This document shows, one piece after another, positions 46,562 to 56,406 of a stretch of 64,000 nucleotides of DNA; within the stretch, counting starts at the first letter, position 1, and each line of letters opens with the position of its first letter. This DNA is from an uncultured Phycisphaerae bacterium (GTDB taxonomy: Bacteria; Planctomycetota; Phycisphaerae; JAAYCJ01). The position numbers and the translations under genes are program-made. The notes beneath the pieces are model-generated. The model ran no database searches. It was given only the letters and a program-made list of their open reading frames with translations, and had not been told where the DNA came from. The DNA lies in contig CAZLZE010000002.1 of assembly GCA_964563935.1 (NCBI GenBank), forward strand, positions 6,205 to 70,204, written 5' to 3'.

Positions 46562-47126
46562 ATCGAATCCTTGTTGAAGAAAATGTCCTGACTCCAAGAG
46601 TACTCTCCCATCGATCATCACCCGAAGCGGCCCCGACGGCTCTTCCATCACTCCCCACCCACATCCCCCGGATGGACCCCTGCGTCTCGCTCAAAATGGC
46701 CTCCAGCGAGTTCTCCCACGATCCTCCTCGCTTGGGCAGATCAAACTCGAACGCCTCAAATTGCGAAAGATTGTATGGAAACTCCCATTTCCACCCGTTG
46801 AAGATCGTCAAGGGCAGACTCGCTTCATATAGAGGCCACACATATTCCGCCAGTATCCGGCCCACGCCGCTTATACATGCTTTTGTCTTCTCATGATTCA
46901 CGCTCGCCGGGATGAGACATTTGTACTGATTGCCGCAGCGATCCCGACAGGCGCGATTGATGACCGGTCCCACTTTGTCGACGGGCACCCAGACCTGAAC
47001 CGTTTCTATCTCGATCGGCGCTATCACAAACGTCTCCAGCGCGGGATCCTTGCCCTGCCCCACGTCCCCCGCCAGCGTGATCGAAACCACACCAAGGATC
47101 ATCACACCCACAATAACGTATTTCAT
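46530..47126 (-). CDS. Secreted hypothetical protein
   Basis: Signal peptide MKYVIVGVMILGVVSITLA; 4 Cys. Confidence 0.7.
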   Translation of the reverse strand: MKYVIVGVMILGVVSITLAGDVGQGKDPALETFVIAPIEIETVQVWVPVDKVGPVINRACRDRCGNQYKCLIPASVNHEKTKACISGVGRILAEYVWPLYEASLPLTIFNGWKWEFPYNLSQFEAFEFDLPKRGGSWENSLEAILSETQGSIRGMWVGSDGRAVGAASGDDRWESTLGVRTFSSTRIRYGYPKVRKLR

Positions 47127-47138
47127 ACATGTCCTCCG

Positions 47139-47984
47139 CTAGTGACTCGACAACGCGCCGTCCCTTTTCGCCTTCTTGATACACACGCGAGTTGTCACGA
47201 CCATGAGTACAAAAAACACCACCACAAATACGGCTAGCGCACAGATGTTGCCCGACACGTCCCGAATGGGTAGTCCAAGCAGCATACATTTCCTCAAACC
47301 CGTCAGTGAATGCGTCAGGGGTAATCCCAGGGAGAGCGTCTGAAGCCACTCGGGAAACACCGTAATGGGGAACATCGCGCCTGCCAGAAGTGTGGAAATG
47401 CTCGAAAAGAACCAGTTGATCGGATCCCCCTTCTTCACCAGGATCAACAGGCTGCATGACATGACCCCCACCATCAGAAATACCGACAACGTCAGCAGAA
47501 GAATCACGCCCACACCCACCCAATTGGCCCCGCGAACGCTCATCCCGAAGACCGCCATCCCCAGAAACAGATAACACCCCACCCGGATCGTCTCAAACAG
47601 AAAGTGCCAGATGGAAGAGTAAAACAGGACTCTCACATACCCGATCGGACTGGCAAATATCGCCTCCAGCGTCCCCTGGACCATCACCTGACGTATCTCC
47701 TCGGTCACACTGATTAGTCCGGCTCGACTGTAGCTCGCTATGGCAACGCCCACCAGCGCAAAAGAAAAATAGTCGACCTGGTACCCTTTCATCAGCGTCG
47801 GCCTGCCCGAGGCCACAAGCATCTTCCCGATAAAGTAGATCACCGCCGTTCCCACAAATACCTGGCAAAATTGAAACAGGAATTGGAGCCGGTATGTCAC
47901 GGCGATCCTGCTGTCTCGCCGCACAAACGCCAGCATCTGCTTCCATGGATTGGTCGCATGTTGTTTCACGTCCTGGTGGCTCAT
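47139..47984 (-). CDS. ABC-2-type transporter permease
   Basis: Six TM helices; GTLEAIFASP, AGAMFPITVFPEWLQ, LPLTHSL. Confidence 0.9.
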   Translation of the reverse strand: MSHQDVKQHATNPWKQMLAFVRRDSRIAVTYRLQFLFQFCQVFVGTAVIYFIGKMLVASGRPTLMKGYQVDYFSFALVGVAIASYSRAGLISVTEEIRQVMVQGTLEAIFASPIGYVRVLFYSSIWHFLFETIRVGCYLFLGMAVFGMSVRGANWVGVGVILLLTLSVFLMVGVMSCSLLILVKKGDPINWFFSSISTLLAGAMFPITVFPEWLQTLSLGLPLTHSLTGLRKCMLLGLPIRDVSGNICALAVFVVVFFVLMVVTTRVCIKKAKRDGALSSH

Positions 47985-47993
47985 GTCTTTCTT

Positions 47994-48968
47994 CTACACC
48001 ATACGTTCCTTTTGAGGCACGCATCCCGCAAACGACACCTGCGCATCATACTCGGTCACCGCCATGGTGATGATCCGTCCGAAGATCGTCGGCGTCACAT
48101 CCTCAAAAACAAACTCATTCACATTGTGCATCCTCAGATGCCGGAAATTCGAAATGGCCGAACATTCACCCGCAAACTCGTCCAGCCGGTCCTCCAGATT
48201 GCGAACCTGTAGAAGATACCTGCTTCGAACCGACTTGCCGACGCCTCCCACCGGCTCGAACGACCGGGCCCTCCCCTTTTCTAGAACCAGTACTCGATCA
48301 CATAGCTCCGCCGTTTCCTCCAATCGATGCGTGCTCCAGAGAACCGCCGCGTTCGGATGTTCAGTCACGTATCTGCGAACAATTTCCTTCGCCTTCTGGC
48401 TCGACTCCGGATCCAGACTGTTCGTGATCTCATCAAGCAGGAGCACACGTGGACGGTGCAATAACGCCCGGATCAACCCAAGTTTCTTCCTTGTTCCCGT
48501 CGAATAGTCCCTGAAAGGAACTCTCGCCTTGCCTGCAAGTCCCAGTTCATCCACAAGTGGCCGGGCCACCGCGTCTGTATCTCGTCTACTCATCCCATGC
48601 AGGCTGGCAAAGAAATACAGGTTCTCCATGCCGCTCAGCCGCCAGAAGAAACTCCGTTCGTCAGTGGGCGCATAACCGATCGTCATCCTTGAAGTCGCTT
48701 TCCCGCTCCGATCATATCCGTTGATCCGAATGACCCCCAGGTCCGGCTGGATCAGATCGGCAATGATCCGCATGAGAGTCGACTTGCCCGCCCCGTTCTC
48801 TCCGACAACCCCCACGATCTCGCCCGGCGGAACCGAAAAGGACACATCCTCCAGGGCCGTGAATGTCCCTCGGCAACCAAACGGTCTAAGCACAAGATCC
48901 CGAAGTGATCGTCGGATTCGAAAATGCTTGGTCACATGTTTTACGTCAAGAACGCAGGATTCTGTCAT
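47994..48968 (-). CDS. ABC transporter ATP-binding protein
   Basis: GENGAGKST, YSTG signature, VLLLDE, H-loop STH. Confidence 0.92.
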   Translation of the reverse strand: MTESCVLDVKHVTKHFRIRRSLRDLVLRPFGCRGTFTALEDVSFSVPPGEIVGVVGENGAGKSTLMRIIADLIQPDLGVIRINGYDRSGKATSRMTIGYAPTDERSFFWRLSGMENLYFFASLHGMSRRDTDAVARPLVDELGLAGKARVPFRDYSTGTRKKLGLIRALLHRPRVLLLDEITNSLDPESSQKAKEIVRRYVTEHPNAAVLWSTHRLEETAELCDRVLVLEKGRARSFEPVGGVGKSVRSRYLLQVRNLEDRLDEFAGECSAISNFRHLRMHNVNEFVFEDVTPTIFGRIITMAVTEYDAQVSFAGCVPQKERMV

Positions 48969-49044
48969 TCAAAGCAACCTGTCTCTATATATCCCATTTC
49001 CATATATGGCGACCCAGGAATCGCGGGGTTATCCTCCTTCTCGT

Positions 49045-49752
49045 TCATCCCAGCAGCACGTTCAGTTCTTTTACACCCATGATCTCCGTGGAGGCAAACG
49101 GCTCCCCATATTGGGTCCCGATACACTGTCCATAGAATCTGCACAGGACAGTTACATAGTCGATGAACTTCGGGGTATGGTCCGGGTTTCTTAAGTACAA
49201 TTGACTTTGGTACGCGCGTATGGCCTTGATCTTGGTCGCCCATGTCTCGGTAACGTCGATAATGAACGTCGGCTGAACATGGCGTATCTTGTTCGGCGAA
49301 TAGTAGCAGTACTGACGCGGCACCCAGTGCGGACTTCCCCGCATCTTTGTCTTGTGGAGCTTCGCCTCGAAGCGCGACGCGTCAACCAGACCGTGGGCCG
49401 CGGCATGATCCGGATGGTAGTCTCCGTCAATCGGACCAAACAGGACGTTTGGCGCATACTCTCGAATGACTTCCGCCAGCCGTCGCCGCTCTTTCAGATG
49501 CGTCGTAAGACGCCGATTCGGCATGTTCAGGCACATACGTTGCCTGAGGCCAAGGACCTCGCTGGCCGCATGCGATTCTTTCTTCCGTATGGCTTTTGAT
49601 CCGAACGGTGTGGGCTCCCCGTCGGTCAGATCAATCACTACCACGTCCCACTTGCTCGCGATCATCTTCGCGATCGTCCCTCCCATCATAATCTCCGCAT
49701 CGTCCGGATGAGTAGCGATTATCATTGCTCTTGGCACAGTGTCCCTTTCCAT
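49045..49752 (-). CDS. bshB1: PIG-L family de-N-acetylase, BshB1-like
   Basis: THPDDAEIMMGGTI, DLTDGEPTPFGS, DYHPDH, YGEPF. Confidence 0.85.
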   Translation of the reverse strand: MERDTVPRAMIIATHPDDAEIMMGGTIAKMIASKWDVVVIDLTDGEPTPFGSKAIRKKESHAASEVLGLRQRMCLNMPNRRLTTHLKERRRLAEVIREYAPNVLFGPIDGDYHPDHAAAHGLVDASRFEAKLHKTKMRGSPHWVPRQYCYYSPNKIRHVQPTFIIDVTETWATKIKAIRAYQSQLYLRNPDHTPKFIDYVTVLCRFYGQCIGTQYGEPFASTEIMGVKELNVLLG

Positions 49753-51319
49753 AACCGTTTTCCTCTGTTGCGACCCGATCGAGTATTGCTCTCGGAAACA
49801 GGCCGAAGAAATACTCCCGACACATATGAACCACCTGCGATTTCCTCGCCCCCTCCAGTCGACGAATATCCGCCTTCATCGCGTCGTATTTCTCCCGCAC
49901 CGCTTCAAAAAGCGCCCGGTTCCTCGCCTTCAGCAGATTCCACGCGTCCCTCCGTTCCTGCCTGCTTATCCCACGGTCGGACGCAACGGTCGTCAACCGC
50001 CGCTTCTCCCCTATCATTGACCGGTACGGCTCCATTCCTCGCCACGCCAAGTCCATATACTTCTCCGGGCTGTGCGGAATGTTGTGAATCCGGTACTTCG
50101 CATCCGCAATCGAACCCTCGCACAAGTGCGCGTCCGAAAATGGCAGACGGATGGTCGATGTCGCCACGCCAAAATCTGTGGATGCGACACGATAATACTC
50201 ACTCAGCAAAGAGTCCGTTATCCTCTCATACACCGCTCCTCCAACCCCGTGAATGAACCAGTCTGCCAGGTACAGCCGTGCAAAAAGTGTCAGAGTCACC
50301 GCCTTCGGACGCAAACACACCCTCGCCTCGGCGAGAATGGCACGCAACTGCTCAACTCGTGCCCCCTCGCTGCCTGCGTCGATTGCACCAATCGGCCTGC
50401 CTTCCGCAAAAATGTCCGCCCTCGTCTCGCCGCTGCGTCGGACAAACACATTCTCCCGCCCTTGCTCAGCCATGCCGGCCCAGAATGGGATTTCAATGTG
50501 GTCACCCTTCCGATCCAGAGGACGGACGACAATCGCTTCAGATCTCGGGTCCGCGCACAAACATTCGCGTACCCCCCTGTTATACGAATCGTAGAACCGT
50601 TCGGCATCGGACATGATCGCAAGGACAAATCGTAGAAAAGCATTTGTCGCGGAGAGATGTGAAACGGGCAGGTACAACATATCGAGCCCAAGCGCTCGGT
50701 TCAACCAGGCCTGGATGCCTGCGATCAATTCGGCAACGTTACGATAACCGTCCGCCCCCATCGACCATCGCTCGGTACACTCCTCCCAAATGCTCATTGG
50801 AAGATGACCGCGGATCGCTTCAAACACCTGCTCGCGAAACGCCTCCATGCGATGTTTCCGCGGCACAACCCGTAGCTCAAGTGGACGTGGGTCCGGCACA
50901 TCCTCCAAACGGGCTGTTTCAAATTCCCAGCAGCCATCCGGATTCCGCCGAGGCAGAAGCATGGACGTGTCCTTGACGTCATGGTCCAGCACCAGGTGAA
51001 TCACCTGCCCATTGACCTTGTCCGCCAGCTTCCGCGCCACAACATTTTTGACCCAGACACCGCAATGGTGCCAAATTGCCTGGTGTCCCGTCACAACGAT
51101 GTTGTCCGGCGGCTCGTCGAAGCCGACCCTCTCCACTGTCTTTGAAAATGCAGCCGCCGTCCGCCACAGTTCCCTCCGGGCTTCCCGGCGATCCGGCAGA
51201 CCGTCCAATCTCACCCGATTCTCCGCCAGCAACCCCGGCCATCGGGTGAAATCCGGATATACGTGAATTACGTCCCGCTCCTCAGGAACGCACAAATGTG
51301 ACATCGTCTTGATCTGCAT
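49631..51319 (-). CDS. BshC-like putative ligase
   Basis: VVTGHQAIWHHCGVWVKN..LA....LVLDHD resembles the BshC N-terminal motif; FIHGVGGAVYE; next to bshB1. Confidence 0.55.
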   Translation of the reverse strand: MQIKTMSHLCVPEERDVIHVYPDFTRWPGLLAENRVRLDGLPDRREARRELWRTAAAFSKTVERVGFDEPPDNIVVTGHQAIWHHCGVWVKNVVARKLADKVNGQVIHLVLDHDVKDTSMLLPRRNPDGCWEFETARLEDVPDPRPLELRVVPRKHRMEAFREQVFEAIRGHLPMSIWEECTERWSMGADGYRNVAELIAGIQAWLNRALGLDMLYLPVSHLSATNAFLRFVLAIMSDAERFYDSYNRGVRECLCADPRSEAIVVRPLDRKGDHIEIPFWAGMAEQGRENVFVRRSGETRADIFAEGRPIGAIDAGSEGARVEQLRAILAEARVCLRPKAVTLTLFARLYLADWFIHGVGGAVYERITDSLLSEYYRVASTDFGVATSTIRLPFSDAHLCEGSIADAKYRIHNIPHSPEKYMDLAWRGMEPYRSMIGEKRRLTTVASDRGISRQERRDAWNLLKARNRALFEAVREKYDAMKADIRRLEGARKSQVVHMCREYFFGLFPRAILDRVATEENGYGKGHCAKSNDNRYSSGRCGDYDGRDDREDDREQVGRGSD

Positions 51320-52028
51320 GGACGCTCAGTTCTCTCCGAAGAATGGTCAGATAGTACTTCCACCGCTCCGTCGCGTCCTCCAATACACCCTTGAAGTTCC
51401 TCCCGGGATCATGGTATATCAAAGGAACGGCAATTTCCCGTATCCGAAGACCCGCCAGGCTCGCCTTCACCCAGAACTGCAAGGGAAAACCATACCCTTC
51501 TTCCGTAAGCTCCAGCGAAACGACACTCCGCGTCCGATAGGCCTTGAAACCGCAAAAACTGTCCGTCAACTGAAGTCTCAGCCATTTGTTCACCAACTCC
51601 GTCATCTGGCGGTTGATCTCGCGACGTTCACGGGGGGGCGGAAGCCCAGCCTGACTGCTCCCCGACAAATATCGCGAGCCACTGATGATGTCGGCATCAT
51701 CCCGCTCGATTTCCATACTGAACCTGCTGAGGAAGGATGGCTCGTGCTGGTGATCGCAATCCATGGTGATCACCCAGTCATAACCATTCGTATCGGCATA
51801 AGCAAACCCATCGATCAGCGCCCGGCCGTAACCCAGGTTGCGGTCGTGGGACAACACACGAATACCATCCTCCCGCTTTAGTACATCCGCAGTACCGTCC
51901 ACGCTCCCGTCATCCACAACGAGAATGTCCTGTGACGACTTGCGAACCTCTCGCAGGACATCCCGGACATATGGCCGTTCATTGTAGACCGGTATTACGA
52001 TCAACACTCGATGATTCGCCTTGATCAT
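51282..52028 (-). CDS. Glycosyltransferase family 2 (polyprenol-phosphate sugar synthase-like)
   Basis: VIPVYNE, VVDDGSVDGT, NLGYGRAL, MDCDHQH, SGSRY, TDSFCGFKAY. Confidence 0.9.
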   Translation of the reverse strand: MIKANHRVLIVIPVYNERPYVRDVLREVRKSSQDILVVDDGSVDGTADVLKREDGIRVLSHDRNLGYGRALIDGFAYADTNGYDWVITMDCDHQHEPSFLSRFSMEIERDDADIISGSRYLSGSSQAGLPPPRERREINRQMTELVNKWLRLQLTDSFCGFKAYRTRSVVSLELTEEGYGFPLQFWVKASLAGLRIREIAVPLIYHDPGRNFKGVLEDATERWKYYLTILRRELSVHADQDDVTFVRS

Positions 52029-52049
52029 GGCTTCTCCTGAATATGTGGT

Positions 52050-53423
52050 TCACTGCACCGCATGTGGACCCGCCAATCCCGTCGTCGCCCCACCCTCCCG
52101 GGATCGACCAGGTGAGATGACCATCCTGTACTTGCCGCTTTTCTCCGGAATAATCTCCGCCACTGACTGAAATGAAATCCTCACTCGGTTTCCCAGCCGC
52201 GATCCCAACCTCGTCGCTATCACCGTCTCAATCGCATCAACCGCGCAGTCCGGCTCACGAACATATCGGACAACCAGACTCAAATCGGGCTCTTGAACGA
52301 TCTGAAACTGCCGGACACCCGGGTGATAGACCAGGCTCTTAAGTTCATGCCATGGCACATCCGAACCGTCCGACATGCGAATATCCTCACCCGTTCGCCC
52401 GACGATTTCCGCTATCAGTGGAAGCTTGCACCCACACCCGCACTCCCCCTTCCTGACCCTCGCCAGATCTCCGTTCTTGTACCGGATGATCGGCATGGCA
52501 AACCGGTTCAGATTCGTTATCACCACTTCACCGATCTGTCCGTCAGGAACCGGCTGACCGTCACGAACGATCTCCACGATAACGTTGTCCGCGTTGACGT
52601 GATAGCCCTCGCCCCGCAAACATTGCCAGGCAATATCGCCGCCCTCATTGCATCCGTAAATGTCCGCAACCCGCGTCCCCAGGGCCTGCTCGATTCGCTG
52701 CCTTTCCTCCACCTGCAGCGTGGCCCCGGTGGTCATTGCCAGAAACGGTCGGAATGAAGACACCACACCATCCCTGACCAAACACGCCAGCTTGGCGACG
52801 GCCGGCGCTATTCCAATGAGTACCGCTCCATTCAATGCGCCCAGAACCTTCGACATGTAAGTGAGATTCTCAGAAGACATGTTGTATGGATTGACGTAGT
52901 ACGTCTTATGTATCCCCTGCGCAAACGTCCAATGAGGCACTCTGTTCCATTCGTCACTCGGGGTCTTTAGCGGCGTAACGATAGGCCTGCCCCAAAAGCC
53001 GATTCCCAGGGCATGACGGTACCGAATCACCGCCGCCGAGTTCTGGACCCGTGATCGCATGTCCGACAGTACGCACACCGGAACCCCGGTACTCCCCGAC
53101 GTCCGCGTCACCCGGCAAGCCGGTATCGTCGGCCCCAACAATTCCCAAAAACGTGTCCGGATATCGTCTTTCGTCAGAAATGGAAGCTTCGCCAGATCCT
53201 CCAACCGCCGGATGTGATCCGGCATCACACCACTGCTGTCGAACCTCTCCCGATAGTACTTGCAGTGGCTGTAGACGTAACCGACAAGACGCCTCAAACG
53301 TCGCAACTGCGTCCTCGCCAACAGATCCGCATCACACTGCCTTCTAATGGCCTGCCCCGCGCTCCACATAACGCGGACCGGAAAGACAAGCTTCGTCAGA
53401 AATTCCTCATATTCCATACACAT
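52050..53423 (-). CDS. Phenylacetate-CoA-ligase / CapK-family adenylating enzyme
   Basis: LPFLTKDDIR, RTSGSTG, YGCNEGG, MPIIRYKNGDL, IVGRTGE, SGKYR. RBS GAGGAG before 53423. Confidence 0.88.
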   Translation of the reverse strand: MCMEYEEFLTKLVFPVRVMWSAGQAIRRQCDADLLARTQLRRLRRLVGYVYSHCKYYRERFDSSGVMPDHIRRLEDLAKLPFLTKDDIRTRFWELLGPTIPACRVTRTSGSTGVPVCVLSDMRSRVQNSAAVIRYRHALGIGFWGRPIVTPLKTPSDEWNRVPHWTFAQGIHKTYYVNPYNMSSENLTYMSKVLGALNGAVLIGIAPAVAKLACLVRDGVVSSFRPFLAMTTGATLQVEERQRIEQALGTRVADIYGCNEGGDIAWQCLRGEGYHVNADNVIVEIVRDGQPVPDGQIGEVVITNLNRFAMPIIRYKNGDLARVRKGECGCGCKLPLIAEIVGRTGEDIRMSDGSDVPWHELKSLVYHPGVRQFQIVQEPDLSLVVRYVREPDCAVDAIETVIATRLGSRLGNRVRISFQSVAEIIPEKSGKYRMVISPGRSREGGATTGLAGPHAVQ

Positions 53424-53442
53424 ACGGCTCCGCTCCTCGCCC

Positions 53443-53832
53443 TCACTCCCACTCGTCTCCGACTGCCAACCTTCGCCGCAGCTTCGCCAACCCGCGGGCC
53501 AGACGATCTCGCATGGCATAATACGAACATCCCGCAATCCGAGCGGCCTGAGTCGCCGGAATCCCCTCAATCAGTATGATCTCCACCGATTGACGTTCGT
53601 CCCTTGGCAGCCGGTCCAGCGTACCATTGACCAATTCCCTCAGTTCCCGACGATACGATTCCTCCGACGGACAGGATGAGAAGTCCACATCGCCTGCACG
53701 AATCCGATCCACGACAGGTACCTGCGCAAAAACCTCTCGCTTCCTCTGATGCCTGCGATCTTCAGGCAGCACATTCGCCGCTTCCTCAAAAACCATAACA
53801 TCACAAATCGCTTGCGTCTTGACGTGTTCCAT
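53443..53832 (-). CDS. Sigma70 region-4-type HTH protein (short, ECF-like)
   Basis: LDRLPRDERQSV..ILIEG..ATQAARIAGCSYYAMRDRLARGLAKLR; only 129 aa, with an in-frame TAG four codons upstream. Confidence 0.7.
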   Translation of the reverse strand: MEHVKTQAICDVMVFEEAANVLPEDRRHQRKREVFAQVPVVDRIRAGDVDFSSCPSEESYRRELRELVNGTLDRLPRDERQSVEIILIEGIPATQAARIAGCSYYAMRDRLARGLAKLRRRLAVGDEWE

Positions 53833-54096
53833 CTGCAGAGCCTAACCTCTATCCAGGGACTCCTTCCAACTCTGGGCCTTTGTTGCGCGCCCAACAGAAA
53901 GCTGGCTTGTATAAAAGCGTAGCACCCCGACCTTTCATTAACCCCAACCCAAACTTTGCCTCATCTGGCTGAGCCCTCGACATAACTTGCACCCGGCACA
54001 TATCCCCCGGCTAACATCCGTCTCCCGCCAAACGCCTCTATATTGCGACCGATCCCAGCGGTCTGCGAATTCGGTCGCACCATGGAAAGAATACAA

Positions 54097-55227
54097 ATGG
54101 CGGACAAACCAGGAATTCTCTTCGTCAACCTCGAAGGCAGGATCGCCGGCGCGGAAAGAAGTCTCTTACTTCTCTTGTCGCGACTGCGCACACACTATAC
54201 CCTCTTCCTTGCCTGCCCGAATACCGGTCCCCTCGCCAAAGAAACACGTGGTCTCGGCATCCGCTGTTGGTCGCTGCCGCACACGCCTGTACGCCGATAC
54301 CGATCGCTCTTCGGATTCCTCTACATGTGCCTGGCTGGCGTCCGCCTGCTCCGCATTCTCATTCAAACCCGGCCCAGCATCGTACATGCAAACAACATCC
54401 ATGCCATGCTCGCCTGCATCGTTCCCGCACTGCTTACCCGCAGGCGAATCGTCTGGCATGTTCGAGACTTTTCCAGAAGTCCCTACCTGACCAGGCTCTG
54501 CGGACGCACGGCTGACCAAATCATCGCCGTAAGCTATGCCATCAGACACGATCTGCTCGAACATGGCGTCGACCCCCGCAAAATTGACGTGGTCCATAAT
54601 GGCATCGAAGAACTCCGAACCCGCGGAATGCGAAACAACGCGACTCTCCCCCCTGCCCCTCCCGAACGGCGATTCGTATTCGCAAACGTTGGCCAATTTG
54701 TCCCCTGGAAAAATCAGTCCCTCTTCCTGCAGGCGGCAGCCAGAACATCCGCCTTGATACCTCATGCCCAGTTCATGCTCGTGGGAGACGACCTTTTCGA
54801 ACGAAACCCCGATTATAAGGCGTGGGTACTCCAGTCAATCGACCGTCTGAGGCTCCGACAAAGAACCACTCTCTACGGGTGGCAGCCCGATATGTCGCAA
54901 GTGTGGCCGCGAATCCACTGCCTCGTGCATACCGCCCGTAAAGAACCCTTCGGACGTGTACTCATCGAAGCCATGGATGCCGGAGTCCCCGTCATCGCTG
55001 TCCATGGTGGCGGCTCCTCCGAAATCATCCGCAATGAACACACCGGACTCCTCGTCCCTCCGGATAGCCCCGATGAGCTGGCACGAGCGATGATCCGCCT
55101 CTACTACCACCGACGCGCCCGAAGAACCATGATCAGGCACGCCCGGCGAGACACGCTGGCTCGTTTCACCGCGTCCGCAACCGCGGATCAGATTCGAGCC
55201 ATATACCAACGGAGGCCAAACCATTGA
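54097..55227 (+). CDS. Glycosyltransferase family 4
   Basis: AGAERSLL, VVHNGIE, NVGQFVPWKNQ, EPFGRVLIEAM. Start may be 54082. Confidence 0.92.
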   Translation: MADKPGILFVNLEGRIAGAERSLLLLLSRLRTHYTLFLACPNTGPLAKETRGLGIRCWSLPHTPVRRYRSLFGFLYMCLAGVRLLRILIQTRPSIVHANNIHAMLACIVPALLTRRRIVWHVRDFSRSPYLTRLCGRTADQIIAVSYAIRHDLLEHGVDPRKIDVVHNGIEELRTRGMRNNATLPPAPPERRFVFANVGQFVPWKNQSLFLQAAARTSALIPHAQFMLVGDDLFERNPDYKAWVLQSIDRLRLRQRTTLYGWQPDMSQVWPRIHCLVHTARKEPFGRVLIEAMDAGVPVIAVHGGGSSEIIRNEHTGLLVPPDSPDELARAMIRLYYHRRARRTMIRHARRDTLARFTASATADQIRAIYQRRPNH

Positions 55228-56387
55228 CAGGCAAACTGCGCATCGGCATCAACTTCCACTCGAAAACCCCCTTCCTGTCGGGCGTGCAATACTACGCGAT
55301 GGGCATAATCAAGGCCCTGCTCACCATTGACCCCGTCAATTCCTACATCGTGTTCACGAACCATCCGAATCTCGTACGGCAGTATGTCGGACCAGCCCCA
55401 AACCTGACCATCCGCGCCACGTCCATCAAGACACGCATCCATCGCATCATCTGGGAACATTTCCGCCTGCCCCAGCTGACCGTCCGCGAGAGTATCGATA
55501 TCCTGCACTGCCCGTGCTACATCTGTCCCCTCTTCGACGGCGGAACGCCCTACGTCGTAACCATACATGACACAATCGCGCTCGACCACCCGGAATGGTG
55601 TACCTCATCCAATACCCTCTATTACCGGGCATTTCTCAAGGCATCCGCGAGAAAAGCCGCCGCCATCATCGCCGTTTCTCAAAGAACCAGAGATGATATC
55701 GCACGCCACTTTCCTGATTACGCCCACAAAATCCGAGTCGTCTATCCCGGCATTGATCCCGCCTTCCTCACCGATCACGTTCCCGATCGCATCCCATCCG
55801 TAAGGGCACGCTACCGGTTGCCGGACCGATATATCCTCTACGTGGGCAATCTGGAACCTCGAAAAAACCTCCGCGCCCTGCTCGATGCGTTCCGAAAGTT
55901 GCGAAAGGTCGGATTCCCCCAGAAACTCGTCATCGTGGGAAAAGCCACGTGGGGGGCCTCGGACTTCTTCAATGCCGTTGCGCCCGATATGCATGACGGA
56001 AACGTCGTCCTCACCGGATATGTCGAACGGCAAGACCTTCCCACCATCTACCGACTCGCGGAAGTCTTCGTCTTCATCTCACTTCACGAGGGATTTGGGT
56101 TCCCGCCCCTCGAAGCCATGGTTTCAGGCACACCCGTTGTCTCCTCGTCCGAAGGGGCTCTTAACGAAACCCTTGAGCATGCCCGGTTCGTCACCGATCC
56201 GGGAAATCCCGATGAAATCGCCGACGCTGTCGCCAACACACTCGCCAATCCGCATTCCGACCCGCAAAAACAACGCATCAGGCAGGCAACAGCCGCCAAA
56301 TTCGACCCCAACGCATCGGCCCAGGCAATCTTCGCCATCTACCTTCAGGTGCTGAACGATCGCGCCGCCCGAATGGGGGGACCTTGA
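55224..56387 (+). CDS. Glycosyltransferase family 4 (MtfB/WbaZ-like)
   Basis: VVTIHD, VGNLEPRKNL, EGFGFPPLEAM; TTG start after GGAGG. Confidence 0.92.
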   Translation: MTGKLRIGINFHSKTPFLSGVQYYAMGIIKALLTIDPVNSYIVFTNHPNLVRQYVGPAPNLTIRATSIKTRIHRIIWEHFRLPQLTVRESIDILHCPCYICPLFDGGTPYVVTIHDTIALDHPEWCTSSNTLYYRAFLKASARKAAAIIAVSQRTRDDIARHFPDYAHKIRVVYPGIDPAFLTDHVPDRIPSVRARYRLPDRYILYVGNLEPRKNLRALLDAFRKLRKVGFPQKLVIVGKATWGASDFFNAVAPDMHDGNVVLTGYVERQDLPTIYRLAEVFVFISLHEGFGFPPLEAMVSGTPVVSSSEGALNETLEHARFVTDPGNPDEIADAVANTLANPHSDPQKQRIRQATAAKFDPNASAQAIFAIYLQVLNDRAARMGGP

Positions 56388-56406
56388 TCCGCCGGAGAAA
56401 CCTACG

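Noticed and set aside
53833-53930. Read-through or frameshifted N-terminal half of the sigma-like gene
   Set aside because: The upstream in-frame peptide and the overlapping 53640-53894 ORF show no sigma region-2 features.
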